IMG/VR virus record: IMGVR_UViG_3300031965_000089
Location: 1 to 37,009 of that record
Direction: 5' to 3' (one strand)
Origin: a virus
Taxonomy: Duplodnaviria; Caudoviricetes
Length of the DNA: 37,009 bases
Below, piece by piece: positions 1-8,740 of the stretch. The first letter of the stretch is position 1. Every line of letters starts with the position of its first letter. The translations under genes were made by a program, and so were the position numbers. Under the pieces are notes generated by a model. The model ran no database searches. It saw only the letters and a list, made by a program, of their open reading frames with translations, and was not told the origin of the DNA.

Positions 1-1111
1 TGATGAACACCGGCAGGTTCATGATGCGGTCGGGCTCGCCGGCGCGCACGCTCTCGCGCCACAGATACTGGCCGTTGCCGTCCTTGAGCTTGGCGATCTC
101 GCGCACGCCGTCGCGGTGGAACATCCAGCGCGCCCGCGCGTGGTAGGCCTGCTTCAGCCCATACTTGGCGTTGGTCAGGCCATCGAAGGTCATGGCGGTG
201 GTGGTGTTGCCGCTCGAGATGTCGCGGCTGGTCGAGATGCCGTCGATCGAGGCCGTGAACACGCCGAGCGGCTGGTTGGCGCCATTGCCGGTCAGGAACC
301 CTCTCTCCTCGACCTCGCCCGCGTCGCGCGCCAGCTCCATCCGGACGATGGTCTCGCCTGGCATGACGGCCCGGCGCAGCAGATCGTTCGAGACCACGAT
401 CTCGCCCGTGAGGTAATGCGGGCGCAGGTTGCGGGCGCCGAACTTGAGCGCCGCGTCGGCCACCGGCTGGGTCAGCTCGGCCGCCCAGACGAAGCTCGAG
501 AGCTTGGCCGTGCGCTTGGGCGCCCCCAGGCTGTCGGCCATCGGCACGCTGAAGACCCGACTCCATTGCCGGATGAAGACCGCGTCGTCGAGGTCCTTGA
601 TCAGCTCGGCGACGAGCTGCACCGGCACGATCAGATAGCCGCCGGAGGGCTGGTCATCGGATTGCAGCGCCCGCAGTTCCTCGGGCCGCAGGCCGCCATG
701 GCCGCCGCCCACCCAGCCATTGAACGCCTGGCGATACTCCGCCGTCGCCCGTGGCCGGTTGACCGCCCGCGCCTGGGCGTCGAGCGCCGCCCAGCGCCGC
801 TGAATCTCCGCCGTCGGGGCCCGGCGCTCCGACGGCGCCGGCTGCGGCGCCGGGTCCGGTCCTGGCGCCGGCGCCGGATCCGGTCCGGGGGCCGGGAGCT
901 GCTGGCGCTCGAGCTCGCGTTGCCGGTGCGCCCGCTCGATGATCTGGCGCAGCTCCTCGGCGCGAGCGAACAGCTTGTCGTATTTCGCCATCTCCTCTGC
1001 CGTCAGCGCGCGCTTCTCGTTCAAGGACAGATCGTTGAGGTCCTTGAGCTCCTTGATCACGCGGGCGCGCTCTTCGGCCAGCGCCTGAATGGCATGGAAG
1101 GGTTCGGGCAT
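1..1111 (-). CDS. HK97-fold major capsid protein (3' end runs off the window start)
   Basis: Not in the ORF track; translated by hand. GAGGGGG RBS, then MPEPFHAIQALAEERARVIKELKDL (coiled-coil delta domain), a Pro/Ala linker, and ARWMFHRDGVREIAKLKDGNGQYLW, typical of HK97 capsids. Follows the protease gene. Confidence 0.93.
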   Translation of the reverse strand, partial: MPEPFHAIQALAEERARVIKELKDLNDLSLNEKRALTAEEMAKYDKLFARAEELRQIIERAHRQRELERQQLPAPGPDPAPAPGPDPAPQPAPSERRAPTAEIQRRWAALDAQARAVNRPRATAEYRQAFNGWVGGGHGGLRPEELRALQSDDQPSGGYLIVPVQLVAELIKDLDDAVFIRQWSRVFSVPMADSLGAPKRTAKLSSFVWAAELTQPVADAALKFGARNLRPHYLTGEIVVSNDLLRRAVMPGETIVRMELARDAGEVEERGFLTGNGANQPLGVFTASIDGISTSRDISSGNTTTAMTFDGLTNAKYGLKQAYHARARWMFHRDGVREIAKLKDGNGQYLWRESVRAGEPDRIMNLPVFI

Positions 1112-1305
1112 CGCCCCCTCTTGCGGCTTAGGGCGCCAGGGGGGCGGAAAGACAAACGCCACCCGGCGCCAGGTTGGACCTGGCAGCGGATGGCGTCATG
1201 ACGGCGCTCGGGCCGTCCGGCGGCCATCATTGCGGCGCGGTCGTTGGAGCCTTTGGCCCCTGCCCCGGCGGGCCGACCGCGCCGCGCCGACTCGCGACGA
1301 CGAAG

Positions 1306-1902
1306 CTAGGTGAGCGCCGAGTCGAGTGTCAAGAGCGCGATCTGGCGCGCCCGCGCCGCATGCAGCGCGCTAAGCCGCCGCAGGCACTCCCCCTCGAACG
1401 CCTTGAGCCCGCGCAAGGCGACATCCGTATCCGGGTAGGCGGGAAAGGCGACGATCGACACATCGAACAGGTCGACCTCGATCAGCGTGCGGATCGGGTG
1501 ATCGGCATCGCTGCGATCCCATTGGTCCTTGACCGTGCGAAAGCCGAAGGACATCTGGTCGAGGTCGCCGCGCTCGACGCTCGTCACCGCGTCGCGCCCG
1601 ACCTGCGTATCGGGCGGGAAGATCTCGACCGCCAAGCCCTCGTCATCCTCCTTGAGCTTGAGCGTCCTGGCCTTGCTGCGGCCAAGGATGAGACTCGAAT
1701 CATGATCGATCAGCGCCTTCACGTCATCGCCGCGGCCGATCGACTTGCCGAAGGCGCCCTTCGCCACCTTCTCGCGGAAGCCCCAGAGCGGTACCGACAG
1801 CTTGTCGAAGACCGCCGCGTGCCCGACCAGCACCGGCTTGTTGTCGGCGCGCCGCTCGACGCGGATTGTCCCAAGGACCCGCCGTTCATCGTTGTTGTCC
1901 AT
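1306..1902 (-). CDS. HK97-family prohead maturation protease
   Basis: GHAAVFD...FREKVAKGAF...DHD, MSFGF and LFDVSIVAFPAYPDT motifs. Start chosen after a GGGAGAG RBS. Confidence 0.95.
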   Translation of the reverse strand: MDNNDERRVLGTIRVERRADNKPVLVGHAAVFDKLSVPLWGFREKVAKGAFGKSIGRGDDVKALIDHDSSLILGRSKARTLKLKEDDEGLAVEIFPPDTQVGRDAVTSVERGDLDQMSFGFRTVKDQWDRSDADHPIRTLIEVDLFDVSIVAFPAYPDTDVALRGLKAFEGECLRRLSALHAARARQIALLTLDSALT

Positions 1903-1913
1903 GATGCTCTCCC

Positions 1914-3824
1914 TCAAGGTTCGGCGACGATCAGGCAGTCACAGGCCTGGCAGAGCGGCGGGTGACGGGCCTCGGTGCCGGCGAAGGCGAGACCCAAATC
2001 CACCGCCTGGCCGTCGAGGCGCCGCGCCTCCGCACAGGCTTCTGCACCGGCGCGCCAGCGCACGCGCGTGACGCCCAGACGGCGCCAGGCCTCCAAGGCC
2101 GCGGCCTCGGCCGCCCGCACCGCCTCGAGCGCGGCGAAGGCCGGCAGCCGCTCGACGAAGCCCTCGCCGCCGCCGGCCAAGGACAGCTCGCGGCAGTAGC
2201 GGCGCGCGAGGCCGCGCGCCAGTTCCGACACGATGGCCTCGAGGTCCGCCGGCTCGCCGCCCTCGGCGATTTCCCCCTCGGCCGCCTCGCCGATCGCATC
2301 GGTCAGCGCACCGAGTACCGGCAGGAAGGCGCGCGCCAGGTCAAGCTCGCGCGCCGCGCAATGGGCGGCGAGCCAGATCGCCAGATCCTCGGCCGCGAGC
2401 TTCTGCCGCTTCGCCTCGATCATCGCCAGGTCGCGGCGCGCCTGGCGCTCGAGCTCGGCCGCGAACAGCCGGCGATGCGCCGTCCGCAGCCGCCGGCGCA
2501 GGCGGGCCGCTTGACTCGCCCGCGCCTCGCGCGCGCGCCGCGCCCCTTCCTCGCCCAGGAGCTGCAGGTGGCGGCGCAGCGGATCGCCGGCCGCCGCCAC
2601 CAGCTCCTCGGCATTCACCATATTCAGTGGCGTCAGGTGCACGTCGCCGGCCGCGCCGATGCCGTTCTCATTCTCGCGCCGGCGGATATCGTTGATCGAG
2701 AACCAGCCCCATTGCCGCGCCAGCCCATAGGCCTGGTAGCGGGTCAGGGTGTCGCCGCGCAACAGCGCCTCGATCAGGAACTCGGCGAAGAACCGGCGAT
2801 CGCCCTCGCCGATCAGGCTCGCCTCGACCGCCTCCTCGAACCGGACATAGTGCGGACGAAGGGTCTGGGTCACATGCTCGATTTGCAGATGCTCGACGTT
2901 CCCCCATTTCGCCTGGCGCATGTCGCCGAGCTTATAGGGCGTCACGTTGTAAATTCTGCTGATGTCTTCGGTGGTGTAGTGCCGCGCCTCGATCATCTGC
3001 GACTTGATGGGATCGATGGCGATCTCCTTGAAGTCCATGCCGTCATCGAGGATCGCGGTCTGGTGGAGGTTGGTCGGCCCGCCGAACATTTCGGCCCACT
3101 CGGCCCTCAGTTCCTTCCGGCGTTCGGGCGAGATCGTCTTGTTGCTCGCCAGCTTGAGCAGACCACCCGGCCGGCCGCCGCCGCGGAACCACGAGGCGCT
3201 ATAGGCCTGCGTCGCCAGACCGGCGCCCAGCGCCTCGGCCTCGTAGGTGATGGGATCGATGCCCATGATGCCGTCGAGCGACAGGCCGCGCAGATGGAAC
3301 ACCTCGTCCGCGAAGTAGCGCACGACGCCGCCGCCCGAGCGCGGCGTGTAGTCATAGAGCAGCATCTCATTTTTCGGGTCGACGAAAGGCCGCATGCGCC
3401 GGGGCGGCACCGGCAGGAGCTCCGTGATCCGCAGCAGCTCGTCGCGCAGGATGATCGCGTAGGCGTTGCCGTGCAGCAGGTAGCTCGCGACCATGAATTC
3501 CTTGAACTCGCCCGGCCGCTGCCAGCGATTCGGTCTGAGATTGAAGAGTGGCCAGAGCGGGTGGCCCGGGGCGCGCCGCTTGCCGCCATCCTCCAGCCGC
3601 TCATAGATCAAGAGCGGCGTGAACGCGATGCCCTCGCTGATGTTCTTCACCGCCGCATAGACCTGGGTCAGCGCCAGCGCCGTCTGCTGATTGACGACGA
3701 TCCCGGCGGAATTCGCGGCCGTGATGCCGAGCAGTTCGCGCAGCCACGGATCGGTTATCGCGGAAGGATGCTGCGCGCCGGGTTGCGCCGCCCGCCGCTC
3801 GAAAAGCTCAACCAGGAGCCCCAT
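1914..3824 (-). CDS. HK97-family portal protein with a C-terminal extension resembling a degenerate head morphogenesis (Mu gpF/SPP1 gp7-like) domain
   Basis: VYAAVKNISEGIA, LLHGNAYA, VFHLRGLSLDGIMG, LLRGDTLTRY and SINDIRRREN motifs, then about 200 extra aa ending HPPLCQACDC. Confidence 0.93.
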   Translation of the reverse strand: MGLLVELFERRAAQPGAQHPSAITDPWLRELLGITAANSAGIVVNQQTALALTQVYAAVKNISEGIAFTPLLIYERLEDGGKRRAPGHPLWPLFNLRPNRWQRPGEFKEFMVASYLLHGNAYAIILRDELLRITELLPVPPRRMRPFVDPKNEMLLYDYTPRSGGGVVRYFADEVFHLRGLSLDGIMGIDPITYEAEALGAGLATQAYSASWFRGGGRPGGLLKLASNKTISPERRKELRAEWAEMFGGPTNLHQTAILDDGMDFKEIAIDPIKSQMIEARHYTTEDISRIYNVTPYKLGDMRQAKWGNVEHLQIEHVTQTLRPHYVRFEEAVEASLIGEGDRRFFAEFLIEALLRGDTLTRYQAYGLARQWGWFSINDIRRRENENGIGAAGDVHLTPLNMVNAEELVAAAGDPLRRHLQLLGEEGARRAREARASQAARLRRRLRTAHRRLFAAELERQARRDLAMIEAKRQKLAAEDLAIWLAAHCAARELDLARAFLPVLGALTDAIGEAAEGEIAEGGEPADLEAIVSELARGLARRYCRELSLAGGGEGFVERLPAFAALEAVRAAEAAALEAWRRLGVTRVRWRAGAEACAEARRLDGQAVDLGLAFAGTEARHPPLCQACDCLIVAEP

Positions 3825-3987
3825 CGCGCCCCCCGGACTGCGCCCCCGCCCGCCGCCTGGCGCTGAGCGCCGATAGGCCGACCAGGGCGCCGCCGCCCGC
3901 AATATAAGCGGCCGGCGGGTAGATCAGCCACAAGCCATAGCAGATGAGCGCCACGCCAGCCAAGGCAACCCCATCGCGCCAGTCCAT
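3808..3987 (-). CDS. Small two-TM membrane protein between terL and portal
   Basis: GAGGAGGAG RBS; MDWRDGVALAGVALICYGLWLIYPPAAYIAGG. This position is common in HK97-like phages. Confidence 0.8.
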   Translation of the reverse strand: MDWRDGVALAGVALICYGLWLIYPPAAYIAGGGALVGLSALSARRRAGAQSGGRDGAPG

Positions 3988-3995
3988 GCTCCTCC

Positions 3996-5600
3996 TCACA
4001 GCAGCTCGAATCCTTGCGTCTCGTAGATGGATGGCCCGGCCGGCGCATGCGCCAGCACACGGCCGAGCGCCAGGATGCCGGCGACGATCCCGTCGATCTT
4101 CTCCCGGCTCTTGCCCTTGTCCGGCTTCATGTTGCCGGCGGCGTCCTGCCACACCTGCACGTTGTCGGCCATCCAGCGCAGAACCAGATTGCCGCCATGC
4201 GCCACCTTGCGGGCGATGGCCAGCGCCTCGAATTCCGCGGTCGGGTCCTTCATCGACTTGATGCCGAGACCATACTCGATCGGCTTCAGGCCGCGCGCCT
4301 CGAGCCGGGCGAAGAGCTGGATGGCGCCCCAGCGATCGATCGCGATCTCCTGGCAGCGATGCTCCTGGCAGATGGCGGCGATCTCATTGCAGACGATCTC
4401 GTGATCCGTGATCGCCCCTGGCGTCGTGCGGATCAGCCCCTTCTCGATCCACAAATCGTAGGGCACCAGGTCCTCCATGACGCGGCGTTGGACGCCATCC
4501 TGCGGCATCCAGAACCAGACGAGGAGCGCATGCGCGCCGCCGGTCGCCGGCGAGGGCGGAAACCAGAGGGCGAAAGCCGTCAGATCGAGTTTCGAGCCGA
4601 GATCGGCGCCGCCATAACAGGGCGCACCCTTCAAGGCGGCCGGATCGAGCGGCAGCCTTCCGCAGTCGTCCCACGCCACCATGTCCATCCACTTCGTCTC
4701 CTGCTTGGTCAGGATGTTCAAGTGGAGCCGGCGGAAGACGTTCTGATAGCTCGGCAGCCGGACCGCCTTCTCGCATTCTTCGCGCAGATAGTCTTCCGTC
4801 ACGCCGGCGCCCAAGGACGGATTGACCTCGCGCCACAACGCCGGATCGGTCCAGTCGTCGTCGCGCGCCAGCCCATAGAGCACCGGCAGGAAGCGATCAT
4901 CCGCGACCTTGCCCTCGGCCACCTGGATGGCGTGGCGATGGAATTCCGCCCAGAAGGAATCATCCTCGAAGCCGGCCGTCGACATGATCCATTCGAGCGG
5001 CTGCAGCCGCGCGCCAGAGCCGGTGTGCAGCACGTCATAGAGATCGCGCGACGGCTGCGTGTGCAGCTCGTCGAAGCCGATGCCGTGCGGATTCAGGCCA
5101 TGCTTGGTGTAGACGTCGGCCGAGAGCACCTGATAGCTCGACCAGGTGGCGGGAACCAGGATCACGCGCCGCATCACCCGGGCCCGGCGCTTGAGCTCCG
5201 GCGCCTGCTCGACCATGCGGCGGGCGATATCGAAGACGATCGACGCCTGGAAGCGGTCGGCCGCCGCCGAGTAGATCTGCGCTCCCTTCTCGCCGTCGGC
5301 GAACAGCAGGTAGAGCATGACGCAGGCGGCCAGCGTCGACTTGCCGTTCTTGCGCGGGATGAAGGTGTAGACGATCCGGTAGCGGCGGACGCCGGTCTCG
5401 CGATGCACCCAGCCGAAGGCGTGCGCGATCGTATCGCGCTCCCAGGGCAGCAGCCGCACCAGCTTGCCCGCGTAGGGGCCCTGGACGTGGCGGCAATAGC
5501 GCTCGATGAAGCGTATCGCCCGCATCGCCCGCTTGACATCGAAGACCCACGGCCCCTCAGCCGAGGAGATCTTCGTCGTCTTCCTTGCTCGGCTCGACAC
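3996..5600 (-). CDS. terL: Terminase large subunit
   Basis: Walker A IPRKNGKST, Walker B GFDELH, nuclease domain GADLGSKLDLTA and KIDGIVA. Confidence 0.96.
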   Translation of the reverse strand: MSSRARKTTKISSAEGPWVFDVKRAMRAIRFIERYCRHVQGPYAGKLVRLLPWERDTIAHAFGWVHRETGVRRYRIVYTFIPRKNGKSTLAACVMLYLLFADGEKGAQIYSAAADRFQASIVFDIARRMVEQAPELKRRARVMRRVILVPATWSSYQVLSADVYTKHGLNPHGIGFDELHTQPSRDLYDVLHTGSGARLQPLEWIMSTAGFEDDSFWAEFHRHAIQVAEGKVADDRFLPVLYGLARDDDWTDPALWREVNPSLGAGVTEDYLREECEKAVRLPSYQNVFRRLHLNILTKQETKWMDMVAWDDCGRLPLDPAALKGAPCYGGADLGSKLDLTAFALWFPPSPATGGAHALLVWFWMPQDGVQRRVMEDLVPYDLWIEKGLIRTTPGAITDHEIVCNEIAAICQEHRCQEIAIDRWGAIQLFARLEARGLKPIEYGLGIKSMKDPTAEFEALAIARKVAHGGNLVLRWMADNVQVWQDAAGNMKPDKGKSREKIDGIVAGILALGRVLAHAPAGPSIYETQGFELL

Positions 5601-6036
5601 GGCTCACCCGCGAGCGCGAGGCGGGGCCGATCCCGAGCTCGGCCGCCGCCGCCATCCACAGTTTCATCGCGTTCTTCGCGATCGCCACATTCGGATTCTG
5701 CATCGGGACGCCGGACTGCGGCGCCTTCACCATGGCGCCCACGGCCAGCACATGCTCGATGGCCGCCGCCCAAATCCCATAATTGACGACGAACGCTTCC
5801 AGGACCGCGCGATCGATCCGCGTCAGCACGCCCAGATCGACCAACTCGCCCACCGTGCGGTCCCATTCGCCACGCGCGAGCTGCGCCGCGCGCGTCGCCG
5901 GGAGCTTGAGGGCCGGCGGCAATTCCGGCCGTTCGGCCGCCGGAGTCGGCTCGGCCGCATTGAGCCGGCGCTTGCCCGGATTGCCGGCGATCAGCTTGAG
6001 CCGCGTCGGCAAGGGCGGCGGGCCGCGCCTGGCCAT
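5557..6036 (-). CDS. terS: Terminase small subunit (P27 family)
   Basis: RGPPPLPTRLKLIAGNPGKRRLN N-terminus, QNPNVAI and ELGIGPASRSRV. Confidence 0.93.
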   Translation of the reverse strand: MARRGPPPLPTRLKLIAGNPGKRRLNAAEPTPAAERPELPPALKLPATRAAQLARGEWDRTVGELVDLGVLTRIDRAVLEAFVVNYGIWAAAIEHVLAVGAMVKAPQSGVPMQNPNVAIAKNAMKLWMAAAAELGIGPASRSRVSRVEPSKEDDEDLLG

Positions 6037-6304
6037 CAGCGGCTCGCCTCGGCCGAGCCGGCGGGGCGGCCGCCGGCGACGCCCTCACAACCGGCGCCGG
6101 CGCCCGCCCATGCGCACGCCGGCCGCCCGCCCCTTCCCCACCAGCCGCTCGCCCGCCGCGCACCACGGGCCGCGCCCGCCGGGCCGCGGGGCCATTCCGG
6201 GCGGGAGCCTTCCCGCCAACCGCCCGCGGCCTTTCCCGCGCCAGGCCGGAAAAGCTTTTTCCCAGCGCGACTTATAAGCCATTGATCGGCCGACATTTTC
6301 ACCC

Positions 6305-6334
6305 TTGCGCGCGGGAAATTTCCCGTGCTATCAT
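6305..6334 (+). promoter_or_regulatory. Predicted sigma70 promoter of the ribozyme operon, with an operator between -35 and -10
   Basis: TTGCGC (6305) N18 TATCAT (6329) with an extended -10 TG. The palindrome CGGGAAATTTCCCG lies at 6312-6325. Confidence 0.7.
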
Positions 6335-6404
6335 CCCCTTTGGCGCTGGGAAATTCCAGCGCCCCACCGCGCGGCGAGGCACGACCGCTCGGGGCAACAA
6401 GCCG

Positions 6405-6423
6405 GCTCTTTGACATCGTGAAG
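6405..6423 (+). promoter_or_regulatory. boxA-like antitermination site 1
   Basis: GCTCTTTGACATCGTGAAG resembles rrn/nut boxA (GCTCTTTAACA). 16 of 18 nt are repeated at 6620-6637. Confidence 0.55.
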
Positions 6424-6619
6424 CGCGCGGGGCCAGGCCTCGCCCTCATCCGCCGGCCGGCGCCTCGCCGGCTAGGCGGGCGGCGGCGAGTGCCGGCACG
6501 AAACCCGCACGCGCGCCCAGGCGGGCGCCCCTGGCGCCCGGCCGGCCAACATCCGCTCAAGAACGACCTGGCCGCCGCCACCGCCCCCGCCCGGAACGGC
6601 GATCAACAAAACGCCGCCC

Positions 6620-6637
6620 CTCTTTCCCATCGTGAAG
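6620..6637 (+). promoter_or_regulatory. boxA-like site 2 (direct repeat of site 1)
   Basis: CTCTTTCCCATCGTGAAG versus CTCTTTGACATCGTGAAG. Confidence 0.4.
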
Positions 6638-6720
6638 AGCAACTCCTGTGCAGTGCAGTTTGTGCGCTGCCGGACCGGCCTGCCCCTTCTTGTCTCCGAC
6701 AAGGCGGGCGGGCCGGCACG

Positions 6721-6788
6721 GTCGCCTGAGGAGGCCAGGGTGACGCCTGGCCGAAACCGGCGCTTCGGCGTCGGTCGCGGCAAACGTC
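6721..6788 (+). ncRNA. Type I hammerhead ribozyme 1 (GUC, predicted cut after 6776)
   Basis: GTCGC-CTGAGGA-GGCCAGG gtgacg CCTGGCC-GAAA-CCGGCGC ttcg GCGTCGG-TC-GCGGC. Loop II GACG pairs with 3' CGTC. Confidence 0.9.
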
Positions 6789-6818
6789 GGCCGCAGACTG
6801 CACATGAAGGAGAGACCG

Positions 6819-7019
6819 ATGAACAACACGACCATTCGCGTCGAGAAGGGCGAGCTCGTGATCCGCTGCAAGCTGAACGGCGCCAAGCCCGACAGCTTCC
6901 CGCTGAGCTCGACGGGCAAGAGCCGGCTGGTCGCTTCGACCACCGGCGCCGTGCCGATCGAGTTCCCGAGCCTGCCTGGCCTGAAGGTCGCGCTCAACGT
7001 CACGATCCCGGCGCGGTGA
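6819..7019 (+). CDS. Small hypothetical phage protein (SSTGKSRLVASTTG motif)
   Basis: AAGGAGAG RBS right after ribozyme 1; 66 aa with coding-like composition. Confidence 0.85.
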   Translation: MNNTTIRVEKGELVIRCKLNGAKPDSFPLSSTGKSRLVASTTGAVPIEFPSLPGLKVALNVTIPAR

Positions 7020-7027
7020 GGGCCAAG

Positions 7028-7249
7028 ATGGTCGAGCGATACAAGGGCGATCCCTATTGGATGATGACCAAGTATCCCGGCGCCTGCTCGAGCTGTGGCG
7101 AGAAGATCTCGCGCGGCAGCCGGGCCTTCTACTTTCCCAAAGGTCGGACGCTTCTGGGCGAGGCCTGCGGCTGCGGCGAGGTCGCGGCCCAGCGCTTCGC
7201 CGCGGAAGCGGCCGACGAAGCCGCCTACAACCAAGGCTACGGCGTCTAG
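7028..7249 (+). CDS. Small Cys-containing, probably Zn-binding hypothetical protein
   Basis: GAGGG RBS; MVERYKGDPYWMMTKYPGACSSCGEKI...ACGCG. The stop codon lies directly before ribozyme 2. Confidence 0.8.
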   Translation: MVERYKGDPYWMMTKYPGACSSCGEKISRGSRAFYFPKGRTLLGEACGCGEVAAQRFAAEAADEAAYNQGYGV

Positions 7250-7251
7250 CT

Positions 7252-7327
7252 CCCGCCTGACGAGGCCGGTTGACCACCGGCCGAAACCGCGCCGCCGGCT
7301 AGAGCCGGCGGCCGGTCGCGGGAAGTC
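7252..7327 (+). ncRNA. Type I hammerhead ribozyme 2 (GUC, cut after 7317)
   Basis: CCCGC-CTGACGA-GGCCGGT tgacc ACCGGCC-GAAA-CCG...CGG-TC-GCGGG aaGTC. Confidence 0.92.
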
Positions 7328-7357
7328 CCCCGCATACTGCACAGAAGGAGAGACCAA

Positions 7358-8437
7358 ATGAGCGAACCCGAAGCCATCGGGACTCCGGAGTCCGTCATCG
7401 TCCCCGCCGGTTATCTGCTGGCGGCCCAGATGCTGACGAACAAGAAAGAGGCCGGTTATCGGCGCTGCGTCTACCTGCACGCCGACCCGGACCCGCACCG
7501 GATGCGGATCGCCGCCACGGATGGCTCGCGCCTCTTCGTCGGCCGCTATGCGGTCGCCGGCGAGCGGCCATCCTGGGCACAGGCCGATCACGGCCTGTTG
7601 CTCGACGGCGAGCTCCTCAAATCCCGTGTCTCGCTGCTCGCCCGCGAGGGCGATCAGCATTTGGTCGTGAGCTTCGCCGCGGGCCTCGCCCGGGCGACGC
7701 TCGCCGACCGGAACGGGACGGCGACATTCAGCTTCAAGGCCGAGGAAGGGGTCTTCCCCGACTACGACGCGCTGCTGGATGTCGACAGCTTCGCCGCAAG
7801 CGAGCCCTTGTCCGGCCTGACGATCAACGGCGCTTTCCTCAAGGAAATCGCCGCCATCGCCCAGGTCCTCGAAGTCTCGGCGATCGACAAGCGGCCGCCG
7901 GCGATCCGCCAATACACGGGCGGGTCGAAGCACGCTCCGGTCCTGTTCGATTTTCCGAACTGGCCCGGCGTCGTGCTGATGCAGCTGCCGCAGCGCTCCG
8001 AGACCATTTCCTCCGAGACCGTGCGCCTGCTCGCTCCGGCGATGCAGCGCACGGTGGCCGCGCTCAAGGCGCATCAGACGCGCAACGAGGAATGGGCCAG
8101 GAAGGCCAAGGGCGAGGAACGCAAGGCCTACCAGGCCAAGGCCACCGAGTTCGCCAGCCGCATCGAGGAGCTGGCGAAGAGCCTGGCGGTCGCGATCGAG
8201 CACAAGCCGGCCGAGCCGCCGGCCGAGCCGAGCATGACCGAGGCCGCGCCCGAGGCCATCGCCGAGCCGACGCCGGCGACGCGCCTGGGCGACGCGGTGA
8301 CGGACAGGCAGCCGAGGGCCAACCGGCGTCTCAAGCGCCGCAAGGGCAACGGCAAGGCCAAAGCGAATGGCCGCGGCTCTAGGACCAAGCGCCGCGAGCG
8401 CCCGGCGCCGGCGGAAGTCGCCGCCGCCGCCGAGTAA
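7358..8437 (+). CDS. Truncated DNA polymerase III beta-clamp-like protein with a charged, low-complexity tail
   Basis: RIAATDGSRL, GVFPDYDALL, INGAFLKEI and VVLMQL parallel the DnaN motifs VATDGHRL, GKFPDY, FNxxYL and VVMPM. Confidence 0.65.
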   Translation: MSEPEAIGTPESVIVPAGYLLAAQMLTNKKEAGYRRCVYLHADPDPHRMRIAATDGSRLFVGRYAVAGERPSWAQADHGLLLDGELLKSRVSLLAREGDQHLVVSFAAGLARATLADRNGTATFSFKAEEGVFPDYDALLDVDSFAASEPLSGLTINGAFLKEIAAIAQVLEVSAIDKRPPAIRQYTGGSKHAPVLFDFPNWPGVVLMQLPQRSETISSETVRLLAPAMQRTVAALKAHQTRNEEWARKAKGEERKAYQAKATEFASRIEELAKSLAVAIEHKPAEPPAEPSMTEAAPEAIAEPTPATRLGDAVTDRQPRANRRLKRRKGNGKAKANGRGSRTKRRERPAPAEVAAAAE

Positions 8438-8512
8438 CCCGCCTGACGAGGCCGGACGACCACCGGCCGAAAAGAAGGGCGCCGCGAGGGCGCCCTTCTT
8501 CGCGGGAAGTCG
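8438..8512 (+). ncRNA. Type I hammerhead ribozyme 3 (UUC, cut after 8501)
   Basis: CCCGC-CTGACGA-GGCCGG acgacca CCGGCC-GAAA-AGAAGGGCGCC gcgag GGCGCCCTTCT-TC-GCGGG aaGTCG. Confidence 0.92.
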
Positions 8513-8542
8513 CCCGCAAACTGCACAACCAGGGAGACGAGG

Positions 8543-8737
8543 ATGACCACCAAGATTATGAGCCGGGCCGATCTCGAGCTGATCGGCGCGGCCCTCAAGA
8601 CTCTGGCCGACAACGGCGTCGTGCGCGGCGATCCCGACGCGCCGGGGCGCGCCGCACGCCTCAAGCTCGAATTCGATCTCGCGCTCAAGGCCTCGGCCCG
8701 CGCGCCGAGCCAGGCCTTCCGCATCGTCAAGGTGTGA
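8543..8737 (+). CDS. Hypothetical protein
   Basis: GGGAGACGAGG RBS after ribozyme 3; 64 aa. Confidence 0.75.
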   Translation: MTTKIMSRADLELIGAALKTLADNGVVRGDPDAPGRAARLKLEFDLALKASARAPSQAFRIVKV

Positions 8738-8740
8738 GGC

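Noticed and set aside
6040-6300. ORFs 6085-6282 and 6036-6581 upstream of terS
   Set aside because: Gly/Arg/Ala low-complexity translations with no RBS or motif. Probably non-coding, and I could not identify a late promoter here.
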